Below are positions 1-9,815 of a stretch of DNA of 64,000 nucleotides, piece by piece. The translations under genes and the position numbers were made by a program. The DNA comes from Candidatus Eiseniibacteriota bacterium (GTDB lineage: Bacteria > Eisenbacteria > RBG-16-71-46 > CAZAMP01), in assembly GCA_965224245.1 (NCBI GenBank), contig OZ245046.1:5536001-5600000 (forward strand), given 5' to 3'. Under the pieces are notes generated by a model. The model saw only the letters and a list, made by a program, of their open reading frames with translations. It was not told where the DNA came from and did no database searches. Position 1 is the first letter of the stretch, and the number at the start of each line of letters is the position of its first letter.

Positions 1-1
1 C

Positions 2-523
2 GTGAATGCAACCGGGATGCGCGAGTCCGACGACATCCTGGGCATCAGGGGCGTACCGGTCCCCCGGTCCGAGTCACGAATGGAACAGCGGCGCGAGGAA
101 CTCGCACCGGGACCTCTGGCGGAGTCGATGGGGATCCGCTACGAAGTCCACGTCCTCGATCACGAACCCGCGCTGACTGCGCTCCGTGTGGACAGGGGCG
201 GGAGCGTGTGGATGCTGGCCGGCTCGGACGTCGAACGGTTCGAGCAGGACGGCCGGTCGTACGTTCGGCAGACCTGGATCCGCGCCGACTCGCCGACACC
301 GAGGCGGACCATCATCGTTCCGGCCGACCTCGAGAGGGATCGCGTGGAGTGGCTGGACGAGGACCGGATCGTGGTGGTGCGAAACGCCCGGCAGTCAGAC
401 GCCCTCGATCCGGATGCTGAATCCGAGGGGTCGGCGGACGACACACCGTCCTCGCTGTCCGTGTACTACGTTCCACCGAGAACGGGTGTGGTCGACGAAG
501 GTCTCGCCTCCGCCGTGCATTAG
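2..523 (+). CDS. 3' part of a hypothetical protein, possibly the C-terminus of a beta-propeller protein (5'-truncated by window)
   Basis: ORF open from the window edge; beta-rich segments (LRVDRGGSVWML, DRIVVVRN); converges on the M1 peptidase gene. Confidence 0.5.
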   Translation: MNATGMRESDDILGIRGVPVPRSESRMEQRREELAPGPLAESMGIRYEVHVLDHEPALTALRVDRGGSVWMLAGSDVERFEQDGRSYVRQTWIRADSPTPRRTIIVPADLERDRVEWLDEDRIVVVRNARQSDALDPDAESEGSADDTPSSLSVYYVPPRTGVVDEGLASAVH

Positions 524-569
524 AACCTGAGCGCGAGGCGGAGACCGACCCCGGCGCGGTTTGCGCCGC

Positions 570-2567
570 CTATCTCGTCAGGACCGCCCGGCGCGTGAGC
601 CTCTCGGTCGGGGTGACCAGCCGGTAATAGTAGACGCCCGGCGAGACCCGGCGGTCGGCGTCGTCGAGGCCCCGCCAGGCCACACGGCCCGCACCGGCGG
701 GATGCACACCCTCGAAGAGCCGCTTGACGCGGCGTCCCGTCGGCGAGAACACCTCGATGCGGATCGGCTCCGCCGTCGCCAGCCGGAAGTGGATCCACGT
801 GGAGGCCGCGAACGGGTTGGGCCGACAGGGCGCGAGCGCCGAGGCCGCCGAGACGGTCACGTCCGGGCTGCTCACCGTCTGGAGCTCCCGGATGATCCAC
901 ATGTCGGGGTCCAGCTCCACGGTGATCGGAGAACCCTCGGTGTGGAGCGGGAAGGACTGGCTGATCGCGTCGTTCCAGATCACGAAGCTCTCGGGACCGA
1001 GATCGGTCTCCACGACGACGTCGATCGGCATCGTGAACACCGGCCCCAGCGTCTGCACCTGGTCCACCGTCAACGTGATGTCGTACCCGGTTCCCGAGGC
1101 CGGGCTCGCGCTCCAGTCCACGTCGTAGATCGGATATCCCGGGCTGTAGATCCACTCGTCGAAGAACCAGGACAGGTCCTGTCCGGAGACCGCCTCGAAG
1201 CTCCCGGCCAGCTCGTCGGTGTTCGCGGTCGCGTAGCGAAACGCGGGGTCGTCGACGTAGGCCCGGACGCCGTCGAAGAAGTCGGTGTCGCCCAGCACGT
1301 GTCGGAGCATGTGGAGCACCCACGCGCCCTTGTAGTAGATCGAGCTGTCCAGCGGAGGGTCGATCGCGTACAGCCGATCGGCGGCGTAGGCGAGGATGTT
1401 CATGCTCGCCATGTAGTCGTGATAGTACGCGCTGCCGAAGAGATCCTCGAAGTAGAGCGCCTCGCAGTACGTGGCGAATCCCTCCTTGCACCACGCGTGG
1501 CTCCACTCGGTCATCGTGATCATGTCGCCCACCCAGGAGTGGGAGAGCTCGTGGGCCACCACCCAGTCGTTGCTGGTCGTGCCGTTCACCCACCCCCAGC
1601 CCATGCTGGTCGCCGTCTGATGCTCCATCGCGCCGGGATGCTGGAACTCGGCAATCGCATACTTCTCGTTCAGGAACGGGTACTCGCCGAAGATCGTACG
1701 GTAGTACAGCATCATGTCGAGGTTGTTGCTCCAGCTCACCTGGGCGTCGGCGAAGTCCTCCGGGTAGGCGTAGTAGTCGACGCTCATCGTGGTGAAGCCG
1801 TCGAGCGCGGTGTAGACCTCGCTCCAGGACTGGAAGTTCGTGACCGCGATCGAGAACAGGTACGGCGACATCGGATAGGCGGTGGACCAGTGGTACGTGC
1901 GCGTCGCGTCGGGATGGTCGTCGATCGAGGTCAGCGAGCCGTTCGACACCACGACCATCGTGTCGTCCACCCTGAAGTGGATGTCGAACGTGGCCTTGTC
2001 CTTCGGATCGTCCTTGCACGCCCACCACGCCGGGGCTCCGTACGGCTCGGAGTAGGAGAGCACCATCGGGAAGCCCGCGTGGGTCATGAACCGGAACGGC
2101 AACGGCTGACCAGGAAACGACGGCGTGCCCTGGTAGGTGACCGACACCGTGAAGCTCTCGCCGGGCTGGTACACGCCGTCCAGGTCGATCGACACGACGT
2201 CGTCGACATGTGCGTAGGTGGCGGCGGTCCCCCCGGCCGTCACCGCGGTCACGGTCATGTTGTCGAAGAGGTCGACGTCGGCCAGCGCGAGATCGGCGAC
2301 CGCTGACTCGGCGATGATCTCGACCGTGCCGAACACGACGTGCCCCGGGATGTCGAGGCTCAGCGTCACGTCGTAGTGCGTGACGTCGTACTCGTCGTGG
2401 ACCGCGCGCGCGGCGACGTCTCGCGGCACGTACGCGGTACGGTGATGCTCCAGGAACCGGGCACGGTCGGCCACCGTGGGCAGTGGGGGCACGTCCGCCA
2501 CCGCGATCGAGGCCGTGGTCAGTAGCGTGATGCCGATCGACAGATCGAGGATGGCGGTGCGAGTCAT
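570..2567 (-). CDS. Secreted M1 family zinc aminopeptidase with C-terminal FlgD-Ig/T9SS-like domain
   Basis: GAMEH (GAMEN-like) exopeptidase motif, HELSH...KEGFATY (HExxH-x18-E), IYYKGAWVLHMLR; signal peptide; CTD PNPF...GRRV...GVYYYRL; ATG 2567 with GAGAGGA RBS. Confidence 0.93.
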   Translation of the reverse strand: MTRTAILDLSIGITLLTTASIAVADVPPLPTVADRARFLEHHRTAYVPRDVAARAVHDEYDVTHYDVTLSLDIPGHVVFGTVEIIAESAVADLALADVDLFDNMTVTAVTAGGTAATYAHVDDVVSIDLDGVYQPGESFTVSVTYQGTPSFPGQPLPFRFMTHAGFPMVLSYSEPYGAPAWWACKDDPKDKATFDIHFRVDDTMVVVSNGSLTSIDDHPDATRTYHWSTAYPMSPYLFSIAVTNFQSWSEVYTALDGFTTMSVDYYAYPEDFADAQVSWSNNLDMMLYYRTIFGEYPFLNEKYAIAEFQHPGAMEHQTATSMGWGWVNGTTSNDWVVAHELSHSWVGDMITMTEWSHAWCKEGFATYCEALYFEDLFGSAYYHDYMASMNILAYAADRLYAIDPPLDSSIYYKGAWVLHMLRHVLGDTDFFDGVRAYVDDPAFRYATANTDELAGSFEAVSGQDLSWFFDEWIYSPGYPIYDVDWSASPASGTGYDITLTVDQVQTLGPVFTMPIDVVVETDLGPESFVIWNDAISQSFPLHTEGSPITVELDPDMWIIRELQTVSSPDVTVSAASALAPCRPNPFAASTWIHFRLATAEPIRIEVFSPTGRRVKRLFEGVHPAGAGRVAWRGLDDADRRVSPGVYYYRLVTPTERLTRRAVLTR

Positions 2568-2793
2568 GACGTCCTCTCGAAGTGGGAGGATGACGATCGC
2601 GGGATCGTCGTGGCGGTGCCGAAAGCGCGACGCAGAGATGATTGTACCGCCGCCGCGGCGGTCATCGGTAGTCGGTCCCCAGCTGTTCCGTGGGAACGAG
2701 CTCCGTCGCCCACCGGGGCAGGGTGATCGGTGGGAGAGGCCCCTGCGAAGAGGCGTCGGGACCACGGGCGCGGTGGCCGACGCATCGGGCGGC

Positions 2794-2823
2794 GCGGGTG
2801 CGGGCCCGTGGACCCGCACCCGC
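2794..2823 (-). terminator. GC-rich hairpin, probable terminator or 3' stem of the 2832-3290 gene
   Basis: GCGGGTGCGGG/CCCGCACCCGC 11-bp inverted repeat 8 nt past the stop; no clear U-tract. Confidence 0.5.
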
Positions 2824-2831
2824 TCGACCGT

Positions 2832-3290
2832 CTACCCGCCGAACCCGACGTCGTGGTGCGCGACTCTGAGCGTATGGCCGGCACCTCCATCCTCACAGCT
2901 CGGTCCTGCCCCTCCGGGATCAGGAGGTATCCAGCTGGCCTCCCCCGGGTTGCCCTGCGGGTCATAATCGCAGGTGTACGAGTGGTGTGACGAGTATGTC
3001 TCCGTCACGTCGACCTCCACCTCGTCGTTCTCCTGCAGGTACACGGTGAAGTCGAACTCGCCGTTTGCATCCGTCGTGCCGTTGAACACCGCCAGCGTGT
3101 TCACCCCGCGCTTGTGCGTCACCGTGATGGAGGCGCCGACGAGATCATACAGATACCCCCCGCCGCTCGGATCGCAGGATATGGCGTACACGGTCAGGTC
3201 CGTCGTCTCTTCCTCGTCGGCCCGGATGACGTGAGTGACGACCACGGCGCAAAGCGCCATCGTGACCGCGAGGGCCGCTCTCCTGAGCAT
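2832..3290 (-). CDS. Small secreted hypothetical protein (152 aa), beta-rich, GTTDANG prealbumin/carboxypeptidase-regulatory-like motif
   Basis: AGGAGG RBS, Sec signal peptide MLRRAALAVTMALCAVVVTHVIRA, acidic mature chain with 3 Cys. Confidence 0.8.
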   Translation of the reverse strand: MLRRAALAVTMALCAVVVTHVIRADEEETTDLTVYAISCDPSGGGYLYDLVGASITVTHKRGVNTLAVFNGTTDANGEFDFTVYLQENDEVEVDVTETYSSHHSYTCDYDPQGNPGEASWIPPDPGGAGPSCEDGGAGHTLRVAHHDVGFGG

Positions 3291-3314
3291 TCTCGTACCT
3301 CCTGTGTTGCGACT

Positions 3315-4940
3315 TCAATCGGTCCACTCGATACCCAGCTTCTCGATCCGACGGGCGAGGGAGTTCCGGTGAATCCCGAGCATGCGTGCGGCCTTGGACT
3401 TGTTGCCACCCGCGCGCCTCAGGGCCTGAACGATCGTCTCCCTCTCCCGCGTGGAGAGGGGCTCGATCTCGGGGCCGGCGACCGGTGTGGCCTTCCCGGT
3501 GTCCGGCTCGTCCAGCGTGGTCAGGAACTCGCGTGCGTCGTCGACGTCGATGCGCGTCCGGTTCGACATGACGAGAACGCGCTGGATGAAGTTCTCGAGC
3601 TCGCGGACGTTGCCCCTCCACGACTGGCGCTCCAGGAACGCGATGGCCTCGGGCGTGAACACGGGGGCCGCCGAGCGGGCCAGCCCCGCGTGCTTGCTGC
3701 AGAAGTGCGCGATCAGCGTCGGGACGTCACCGGTACGCGCGCGCAGCGGGGGGATGTCGATCTCGAGCACGTCCATCCGGTAGAAGAGGTCCTCGCGAAA
3801 CCGCCCCTCGCGGACGGCCGCGCGCAGGTCGCGGCTGGTGGCGGTGATCAGACGCACGTCGGCCGGATGCTGCTCGTCACTGCCGACCGGTCGGACGACA
3901 CCCTCCTCGATCACCCGCAGGAGCTTGGCCTGAAGCGGCCCCGACAGCTCGGCCACCTCGTCGAGAAAGAGGACCCCCTTGTCGGCCAGACGAAAGAGCC
4001 CCGGTGCGTTTCGATGGGCTCCGGAGAAGGCGCCCTTCACGTGCCCGAAGAAGATGCTCTCCATCAGCTCCTCGGGGATCGCCGCGCAGTTGTACGACTG
4101 GAATGCCCGGAGCGCTCTCGGGCTCGACTCGTGGATCGACTTGGCGATCAGCTCCTTTCCCGTGCCGCTCTCGCCGAGGAGCATCACCGGCATGTCGGTC
4201 GTGGCGGCGACGGCGGCCTGCTGGAGCACGGCGATCATCTCCGGAGAGACCGTGGCGATCCGGCCGAACGCATCGAGCGAGCCCACCTTCTGCTTCAAGA
4301 GGGCGTTGTCGTGCCGGAGGTCGCCGAGCAGGCGCGCGTTCTCGAGCGCGACCGCCGCCAGCGACGCGAATGCCTCCAGGAACCGCCTCGCGTGAGCCGG
4401 GAACGCGCGCGCGCGGTCGTTGTCCACGTAGAGGATGCCCGTCGTGCGGCCTCTGAACACCAGCGGCGCACAGACGAGCGAGCGGACCCGGCTGAGCCTG
4501 ACGCTGGGGACGTCGCGAAGCCTCGGCTCGAGTCGCGTGTCGTCCGAGACGACCGCCTCGCCCCGGCGAGCGAGCTGGAGCACGGTCCGGCTGATCGTCT
4601 CCAGATCGGCCAGGTCCGATCGAGACACATCCCGGGCGGCGACCGGCACGAGCGAGTCGGCATCTTTCCTGGCCAGGAGCAGGACGCCGCGACCGGCCCC
4701 CACGGTCTCGATCGCCGTGTCGAGGATCTCGCGAACGAGGGACGAGAACTCGAGGTTCGAGGACACCGTGGCGGCGACGGCGGTCAGGGCGTCGAATGCG
4801 CGGACGGCGGACCACTCCTCGGCGCGATCCCGGTCGGACGTGTCCGCCGTGTCGCCGAGGCCGAGGTCGGCCTGTACGCTCTCGGCTTCATCGAGGGTAT
4901 CGAGGGGGTCGTCTTCGAATGGCCGCCGGTCGCCGATCAT
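3315..4940 (-). CDS. Sigma54-dependent Fis-family activator (GAF-AAA+-HTH)
   Basis: GAF (SLVCAPL..GILYVDN), Walker A GESGTGKE, GAFSGA loop, LFLDEV, FREDLFYR, WRGNVRELEN, HTH GGNKSKAARMLGI; GGAGGA RBS. Confidence 0.95.
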   Translation of the reverse strand: MIGDRRPFEDDPLDTLDEAESVQADLGLGDTADTSDRDRAEEWSAVRAFDALTAVAATVSSNLEFSSLVREILDTAIETVGAGRGVLLLARKDADSLVPVAARDVSRSDLADLETISRTVLQLARRGEAVVSDDTRLEPRLRDVPSVRLSRVRSLVCAPLVFRGRTTGILYVDNDRARAFPAHARRFLEAFASLAAVALENARLLGDLRHDNALLKQKVGSLDAFGRIATVSPEMIAVLQQAAVAATTDMPVMLLGESGTGKELIAKSIHESSPRALRAFQSYNCAAIPEELMESIFFGHVKGAFSGAHRNAPGLFRLADKGVLFLDEVAELSGPLQAKLLRVIEEGVVRPVGSDEQHPADVRLITATSRDLRAAVREGRFREDLFYRMDVLEIDIPPLRARTGDVPTLIAHFCSKHAGLARSAAPVFTPEAIAFLERQSWRGNVRELENFIQRVLVMSNRTRIDVDDAREFLTTLDEPDTGKATPVAGPEIEPLSTRERETIVQALRRAGGNKSKAARMLGIHRNSLARRIEKLGIEWTD

Positions 4941-7900
4941 GAGTCCTCCGTGAGTGCACTGGCCCTCTGGCGAAGCGCGTCGACGAGGAGGCCGTCGAAC
5001 CTCCGGGCACGCGCGACCCCGATCACGCGATCGATCTCGGAGAGCGCGTCCGCGGCACGTCCCTCGGACAGCCGGACACGGGCGCGGAGCAGACCGACCC
5101 GTCCTCGCGTGTAGCGATATCGGCCGACTCCCAGCGCGCGCTCGGCATCCTCGACGTCCCGGCGGACGCGGTCCAGGTACCCGACGTCACCGCGATCAGC
5201 ATACAGGCGCCACGCGATCCACGCGCGGTGATGGAGCAGGCGACCGGCCAGCTCCGGATCGGACAGCGAGGTGATGTCGGCGGCGTCGAGCGTCAGCTGC
5301 TCCAGGGCGCTCTCCGGGTCGTCATCGAGCTCCGCCGACAGGGCGCGCAGGCGACGCCGCATGGCGTCGATTCGCAGGTCCGATCCCCCGAGCGGGGTCT
5401 CCAGAAGCTCGGGCTGCTCGCGGAGAAAGGCGGTCCCGTCCAGATCGAGGACGCTCGTGGCCAGAAGATCCACCACGACCGCCGCCATGCTGGGCGAGGC
5501 GCTTCGCGCGGCGATGGAGGCGCGCTGGATGGACGCGAACGCCTCTCGCGCCACGCCTCGGTAGAGCCAGTAGGTTCCCATGAGGTGGTGAGTCGACGCG
5601 ATGGCGTCCGGTCGGCTCGTCAGCGGCACGAGCTCGGCCAGCTGCTCGAGGAGCGGGCGTGTGGCTTCGAGGTCGTCTCGACCCAGCGCGATGTGCGAAC
5701 GGATGTTGGCGATCTGGATGTTGCGGTCGGTCGTGTACCGCTCGTCGAGCAGGGCGGCGGCTCGCTCGGAGGCGCGCCACGCCTCCTCGAGGCGGCCGAG
5801 CCGGCTGAGAAGGTTCGAGAGGTTTCCGAGCAGAATCTGGGCGTCGCTCGGGCCGGGCGCGTGTCGCATCGCGTCTTCCAGCACCTCGACCGACCGATCG
5901 GGATCCACGTCGGACAGCATGATGGCGAGCGTCGTCCTGACGGCGAAGTACGGCCAGCCGGCATTCACCTCCGTGAGCTCGAAGGCACGAATGGCGTTCT
6001 CGACGGCCGAGTCGCGGTCGCCCTCGGCGAACGCGATCCAGGCCAGGACGTGTGGGACGAGCCCGGGGAAGAAGGCCGGCGGCGACGCGAAGCGAGACTG
6101 CAGTCGCGCGAGCACCTCGCGGGCCCGGTCGGTCTGGCCCCGTCCCATGGCCGCCATCGCGCACGCGTGGCAGGCGCCGGCGGCCCAGCGCTCGTCGCGG
6201 CCGTCCACCACGGTCTCGAAGATCTCGGCGGCCAGCGAGAAATCGATGGGAGCCAGCGCGCACGCGAGGTAATGAGCGAGACGTTGAGGGGTGAACGCGT
6301 CACTCAGTCGCCTCGACAGCACCGCCATGCGATCGAGTGCGTCAGCGCCGTCCTGGGCGTCGAACGCAGGATCCGGATACGCGAGAAGCTCGCGTAGCGT
6401 GGCATAGCTCTGCTCCGAGAAGGCGTGCTCGATCGCGCGCTCCAGATGCGCCCGCTCCCGAGCACCGTCCCCGAGCCGGCACGCCCGGTGGCTCGCCTCG
6501 AGCGCCGCCTCGCCATCCCCCTCGGCGGGAACGAGGTTCGCGTTCAGCCACTCGTCGACCGCCCTCTCGTTGCCGAGCGTGCGGCGGGCCGCCTCCCGGT
6601 GCCGGGGTGTCGGGAACACGAGCGTGTCGCCGTCGCGCACGAGATGTCCCTCGTCCGCCAGTCCCCCGAGCACGTCGGGATCCAAAAACGTCTCGAGGAG
6701 ATCTCGCGCGGTGCTCACGCGCACGCGACGACCCGCGTGCGCGAGCAACGCCATGGCGGCACGCATCGGCTCGTCGGCGTCGTCGGGGGCGGGCACGAGT
6801 GCCATGTCGTCGGTGACCGCGAGGTCGCCGCCGGCCGACGCCCCGAGCGTCCATGCAACTCCTCGCGGAGCGCCGTCGCGAGCAAGCGTGTCCTCGAGAG
6901 CACGCGCCGACGGCCTCCACCGGCTCTCGAACGCGGCATTCAGTCGCTCCGAGAATGCCCGCGCCTCCCGGCTCGGGAAGCCGAGGGACTGCACGACACA
7001 CTCGGTGAAGAACCACGAGCGAATCGGACGGAGCACGAACTGATCGGCCCCCGAGGCGCGAGGGCACACGCGGCGTGAGATGCGATCGGACGTCCACGTC
7101 GTGTCCGCTGCGGGGTCACCGATGCCGAGAATCGTCGGGTGGATCGTCGTGTTCATCATCTCGTCCAAGGTCGATCGGGCGTGCTCGCGGCCGAACCCCA
7201 GGTCCACGTAGCGGATCGGCTCATCGCGTCGATGTTGACGGATCGCAAACGTGGTCAAGAAGCGGGTGAGACCCGTGTCCGGGATGGCTTTCAGCAAGAC
7301 ACGTGCCGTTTGCCCGCGATCGGTCAGTGTTGCCCGAAGACGATGGATGTCCTCCCGGCGTCCGCGTAGTGCACCGCCGCCCAGAACCGCCCGCTCGCGG
7401 ACGGTGCGCACCGGATCGAAGGCGCCCTCGACGGCGTCTCGCACCGCGCGCAGCGTCTCGAACCGCCGTGCCGGCCGGGCCTCGGTCATGCGCTCCAGGA
7501 GGGGCGCCCACGGCTCGCGGGCGGTCGCGTCGGGAAACGCGAGTCGCCACAGCACGCCGAGCGAGTACTGATCCGCACGCCCGTCCACGGCCCAGCCCCT
7601 GAGGATCTCCGGTGCGGCGTAGGGCGGCGTACCCGCGAGCCGATCGTGGTCGCGCGGGGCGAGGAGTCCGCTGTTCCACCGGGATGAGCCGAAGTCGAGG
7701 AGACGGATGCCCGGGTGGGACAAGCCTTCACACACGCGCGCGCCTGCACGCACGAAGCCGTCCCCAACCAGGAGATTCGAGGGTTTGACGTCCGCGTGCA
7801 CGATCCCGACCCGGTGAACGTGAAGGAGCTGATCGAGGATCTCGACGAACAGCCGAGGTCGCCCTGCGGCGTCGATCGCCTGCGCCACGGCCTCGAGCGC

Positions 7901-8167
7901 GACACCGTCCAGATGCTCCACGACAGCCCAGTGACGCCCGGCGTGATCGACGAACAGATCCAGCAGGTCCGGTCCGGTCCCGGGTGGAAGCGCAAGCAGC
8001 GTCGCACACTCGTGCAGGAGCGTCGTGCGATCGTCCGTCTTCAGGACGACGCGACGCCCGAGCAGCCGATCCTCGCCGAGGAGCGTCGTGCGACCGGACC
8101 GGCTGGAGAGGGCGCTCACCGAGGCGTAGCGCGAATCCCGCAGCTCGTGTTCGGCGGTGACGACCAC
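4937..8167 (-). CDS. Ser/Thr protein kinase with degenerate P-loop region and TPR-like helical C-terminus
   Basis: VVLK, HADVKPSN, DFG, GTPPYAAPE, ADQYSLG; LRGRREDI followed by degenerate Walker A (AIPDTGLT); start uncertain (GTG 8167). Confidence 0.85.
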   Translation of the reverse strand: MVVTAEHELRDSRYASVSALSSRSGRTTLLGEDRLLGRRVVLKTDDRTTLLHECATLLALPPGTGPDLLDLFVDHAGRHWAVVEHLDGVALEAVAQAIDAAGRPRLFVEILDQLLHVHRVGIVHADVKPSNLLVGDGFVRAGARVCEGLSHPGIRLLDFGSSRWNSGLLAPRDHDRLAGTPPYAAPEILRGWAVDGRADQYSLGVLWRLAFPDATAREPWAPLLERMTEARPARRFETLRAVRDAVEGAFDPVRTVRERAVLGGGALRGRREDIHRLRATLTDRGQTARVLLKAIPDTGLTRFLTTFAIRQHRRDEPIRYVDLGFGREHARSTLDEMMNTTIHPTILGIGDPAADTTWTSDRISRRVCPRASGADQFVLRPIRSWFFTECVVQSLGFPSREARAFSERLNAAFESRWRPSARALEDTLARDGAPRGVAWTLGASAGGDLAVTDDMALVPAPDDADEPMRAAMALLAHAGRRVRVSTARDLLETFLDPDVLGGLADEGHLVRDGDTLVFPTPRHREAARRTLGNERAVDEWLNANLVPAEGDGEAALEASHRACRLGDGARERAHLERAIEHAFSEQSYATLRELLAYPDPAFDAQDGADALDRMAVLSRRLSDAFTPQRLAHYLACALAPIDFSLAAEIFETVVDGRDERWAAGACHACAMAAMGRGQTDRAREVLARLQSRFASPPAFFPGLVPHVLAWIAFAEGDRDSAVENAIRAFELTEVNAGWPYFAVRTTLAIMLSDVDPDRSVEVLEDAMRHAPGPSDAQILLGNLSNLLSRLGRLEEAWRASERAAALLDERYTTDRNIQIANIRSHIALGRDDLEATRPLLEQLAELVPLTSRPDAIASTHHLMGTYWLYRGVAREAFASIQRASIAARSASPSMAAVVVDLLATSVLDLDGTAFLREQPELLETPLGGSDLRIDAMRRRLRALSAELDDDPESALEQLTLDAADITSLSDPELAGRLLHHRAWIAWRLYADRGDVGYLDRVRRDVEDAERALGVGRYRYTRGRVGLLRARVRLSEGRAADALSEIDRVIGVARARRFDGLLVDALRQRASALTEDS

Positions 8168-8600
8168 GGCCCCACCTTTCGGCGACCTTGCATCGAGTGT
8201 GAAACCGCGGGCGCTTCCGCCGCGACGGGATCCGGGAGGGTGCACGTTTCAGGGCGAATCTGCTGCCCTGGGTTGGGCGGTTTTGCCCGGAATGCGGCGT
8301 TTCGGACCCGGGGACAGATCGCTCTCGATCGGGCGACGGGACGCTCACGTTCCGGAGCCGGGCTCGACCCCGACTATCCCCGATGGGAGACCCGGAGTGC
8401 AAGGGACGGGGCCGGCGCCCGGATCGCGTGGGGTGTGGTTGGACACCGCGTCCCGCGTGACACCGGTCGGATGCGCAGTGACGTCACGTCGGGACGCAGT
8501 GTCCGGACGGCCCGGTCCCGTGCTACCTCGGTAGCGACCGGCCGACTCGAGCGTGATGCCGGGCCGCGCGGAGGCGACGCAACCCGGCGAAGCGAGACGC

Positions 8601-9107
8601 CTAGATGAAGAGGATCTGGGCCCCCACGCACTCGTCGTAGAAGTCCATGGCCGTGATGACCGAGTCCACCTCCGGCACGAGCTCGGCGGCCCCGCGCTTG
8701 AACATGTCCATCGCCATCTGACACGCGAACAGCTTTGCGCCGCTGTCGTGCAAGATCTCGAGCATCTCGCGCACGGGGGGAGGGTCGAGCGTCGCCATCT
8801 GCTGCTCCCTGATCGTCGCGGTCAGGCTCTCCATGCCGGGCAGCCCACCCACGTACGTGGGGAGGTCCATGGCCGGATTGCCGGCCGGCGCGTGCAGATG
8901 GTCGACCGTCTTCTCGGTGACGACGTCGAGCCCCCAGAACGTGAAGAACAGCGTCGCGTCGATTCCGGACATCCGGGCGGCGTTCGCGAGGATCAGTCCC
9001 GGATAGACCATGTCGAGCGCGCCCTTGGAGATGATCAAGCTGATCTTCGTGACCGGCGCCGGCCGGGCTCGGTCGGCGGCGTCTCTCCGGGGCTCGGCGA
9101 GCGTCAT
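8601..9107 (-). CDS. DsrE/DsrF/DrsH-like (DsrE2) sulfur carrier / peroxiredoxin-like protein
   Basis: IISKGALD.VYPGLILANAA, LFFTFWGL, LFACQMAMDMF, terminal QILFI. Confidence 0.9.
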   Translation of the reverse strand: MTLAEPRRDAADRARPAPVTKISLIISKGALDMVYPGLILANAARMSGIDATLFFTFWGLDVVTEKTVDHLHAPAGNPAMDLPTYVGGLPGMESLTATIREQQMATLDPPPVREMLEILHDSGAKLFACQMAMDMFKRGAAELVPEVDSVITAMDFYDECVGAQILFI

Positions 9108-9120
9108 CGGCGGATCTCCC

Positions 9121-9435
9121 TCACACGCAGGACTTCGGCTCCGGAAGCCCCGCGATCTTCGCGGCCAGCCTTCCCGGGCCGTTCGGGAACAGGCGGCGGA
9201 GCGTCTCGATCGACGTCCCCGACAGCTTCGCGATCCGGCGCAACCCCGGCGGTCGGCCCTCGCGAGCGGCGTCCTCGCGACAGAACGCGATCACGCTCCA
9301 GTGCTCGTCCGTCAGGGTGATACCCTCGTCGGCCGCGAGCTCGTCCGCCAGGTCGGGTGTCCAGTCGGAGCTGTGCACGAGGTATCCCTGATCGTCGACC
9401 TCCAGGGTGCCCGTCGCGGAGCGACGTGTGGGCAT
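9121..9435 (-). CDS. tusE: TusE/DsrC/DsvC family sulfur relay protein (single C-terminal Cys)
   Basis: VDDQGYL..SDWT, LTDEHWSVI, LFPNGPGRLAAKIAGLPEPKSCV. Confidence 0.9.
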   Translation of the reverse strand: MPTRRSATGTLEVDDQGYLVHSSDWTPDLADELAADEGITLTDEHWSVIAFCREDAAREGRPPGLRRIAKLSGTSIETLRRLFPNGPGRLAAKIAGLPEPKSCV

Positions 9436-9668
9436 CTCCCATCCCCTTTCGCACGTGTGGCCGGCTTCGTCGAGCGGCCGTGCCGTCTCTCATCCACGGT
9501 CGATCAGCGAGCTCTGCTCCCGGAGAGGCCATCCACGGGCCGGCGTCGGCAACACCAAAGACGAGGCACCCGCCCGAGAAGTCGCTCAGGGCGTCGGGCA
9601 GGGCGAGCACCCCGTCGAACCCGCACAGGTCGAGGATGGGCGCTGGCGGCCTCTTGACATCGGGACGT

Positions 9669-9686
9669 ATGCATCAGGCATGCCGG
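9669..9686 (-). promoter_or_regulatory. Sigma54 (-24/-12) promoter for tusE-dsrE2
   Basis: Minus strand CCGGCATGCCTGATGCAT = GG-N10-GC, between the activator gene and tusE. Confidence 0.6.
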
Positions 9687-9757
9687 GCCCAGCGCTCGTG
9701 CCAGTTCGTTGAGTACGAACGGGTTGCGGATGGAGCCGAGATGGCGGTGCGGTCGCT

Positions 9758-9815
9758 TGGAACGAATCGTTGAAACGGTTCGTCACCCGGGAGTCGTGTG
9801 GAACGATTCGTTACA
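9758..9815. promoter_or_regulatory. Candidate upstream activator sequences: two palindromic TGGAACGAWTCGTT boxes
   Basis: TGGAACGAATCGTT (9758-9771) and TGGAACGATTCGTT (9799-9812), 41 bp apart, plus degenerate TGAAACGGTTCGTC from 9771; about 70-130 bp upstream of the sigma54 site. Confidence 0.6.

Noticed and set aside
2590-2790. Cluster of hairpins upstream of the M1 peptidase, possible riboswitch
   Set aside because: No recognisable riboswitch consensus; most hairpins lie upstream of a TACAAT -10-like box (2641-2646, minus); expected by chance at this GC
8398-8415. Possible sigma54 promoter upstream of the kinase (minus CCGGCCCCGTCCCTTGCA)
   Set aside because: GG-to-GC spacing is 11 nt, not the required 10
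9121-9435. DsrC as a marker of dissimilatory sulfur metabolism
   Set aside because: Lacks the second conserved Cys; no dsrAB in the window
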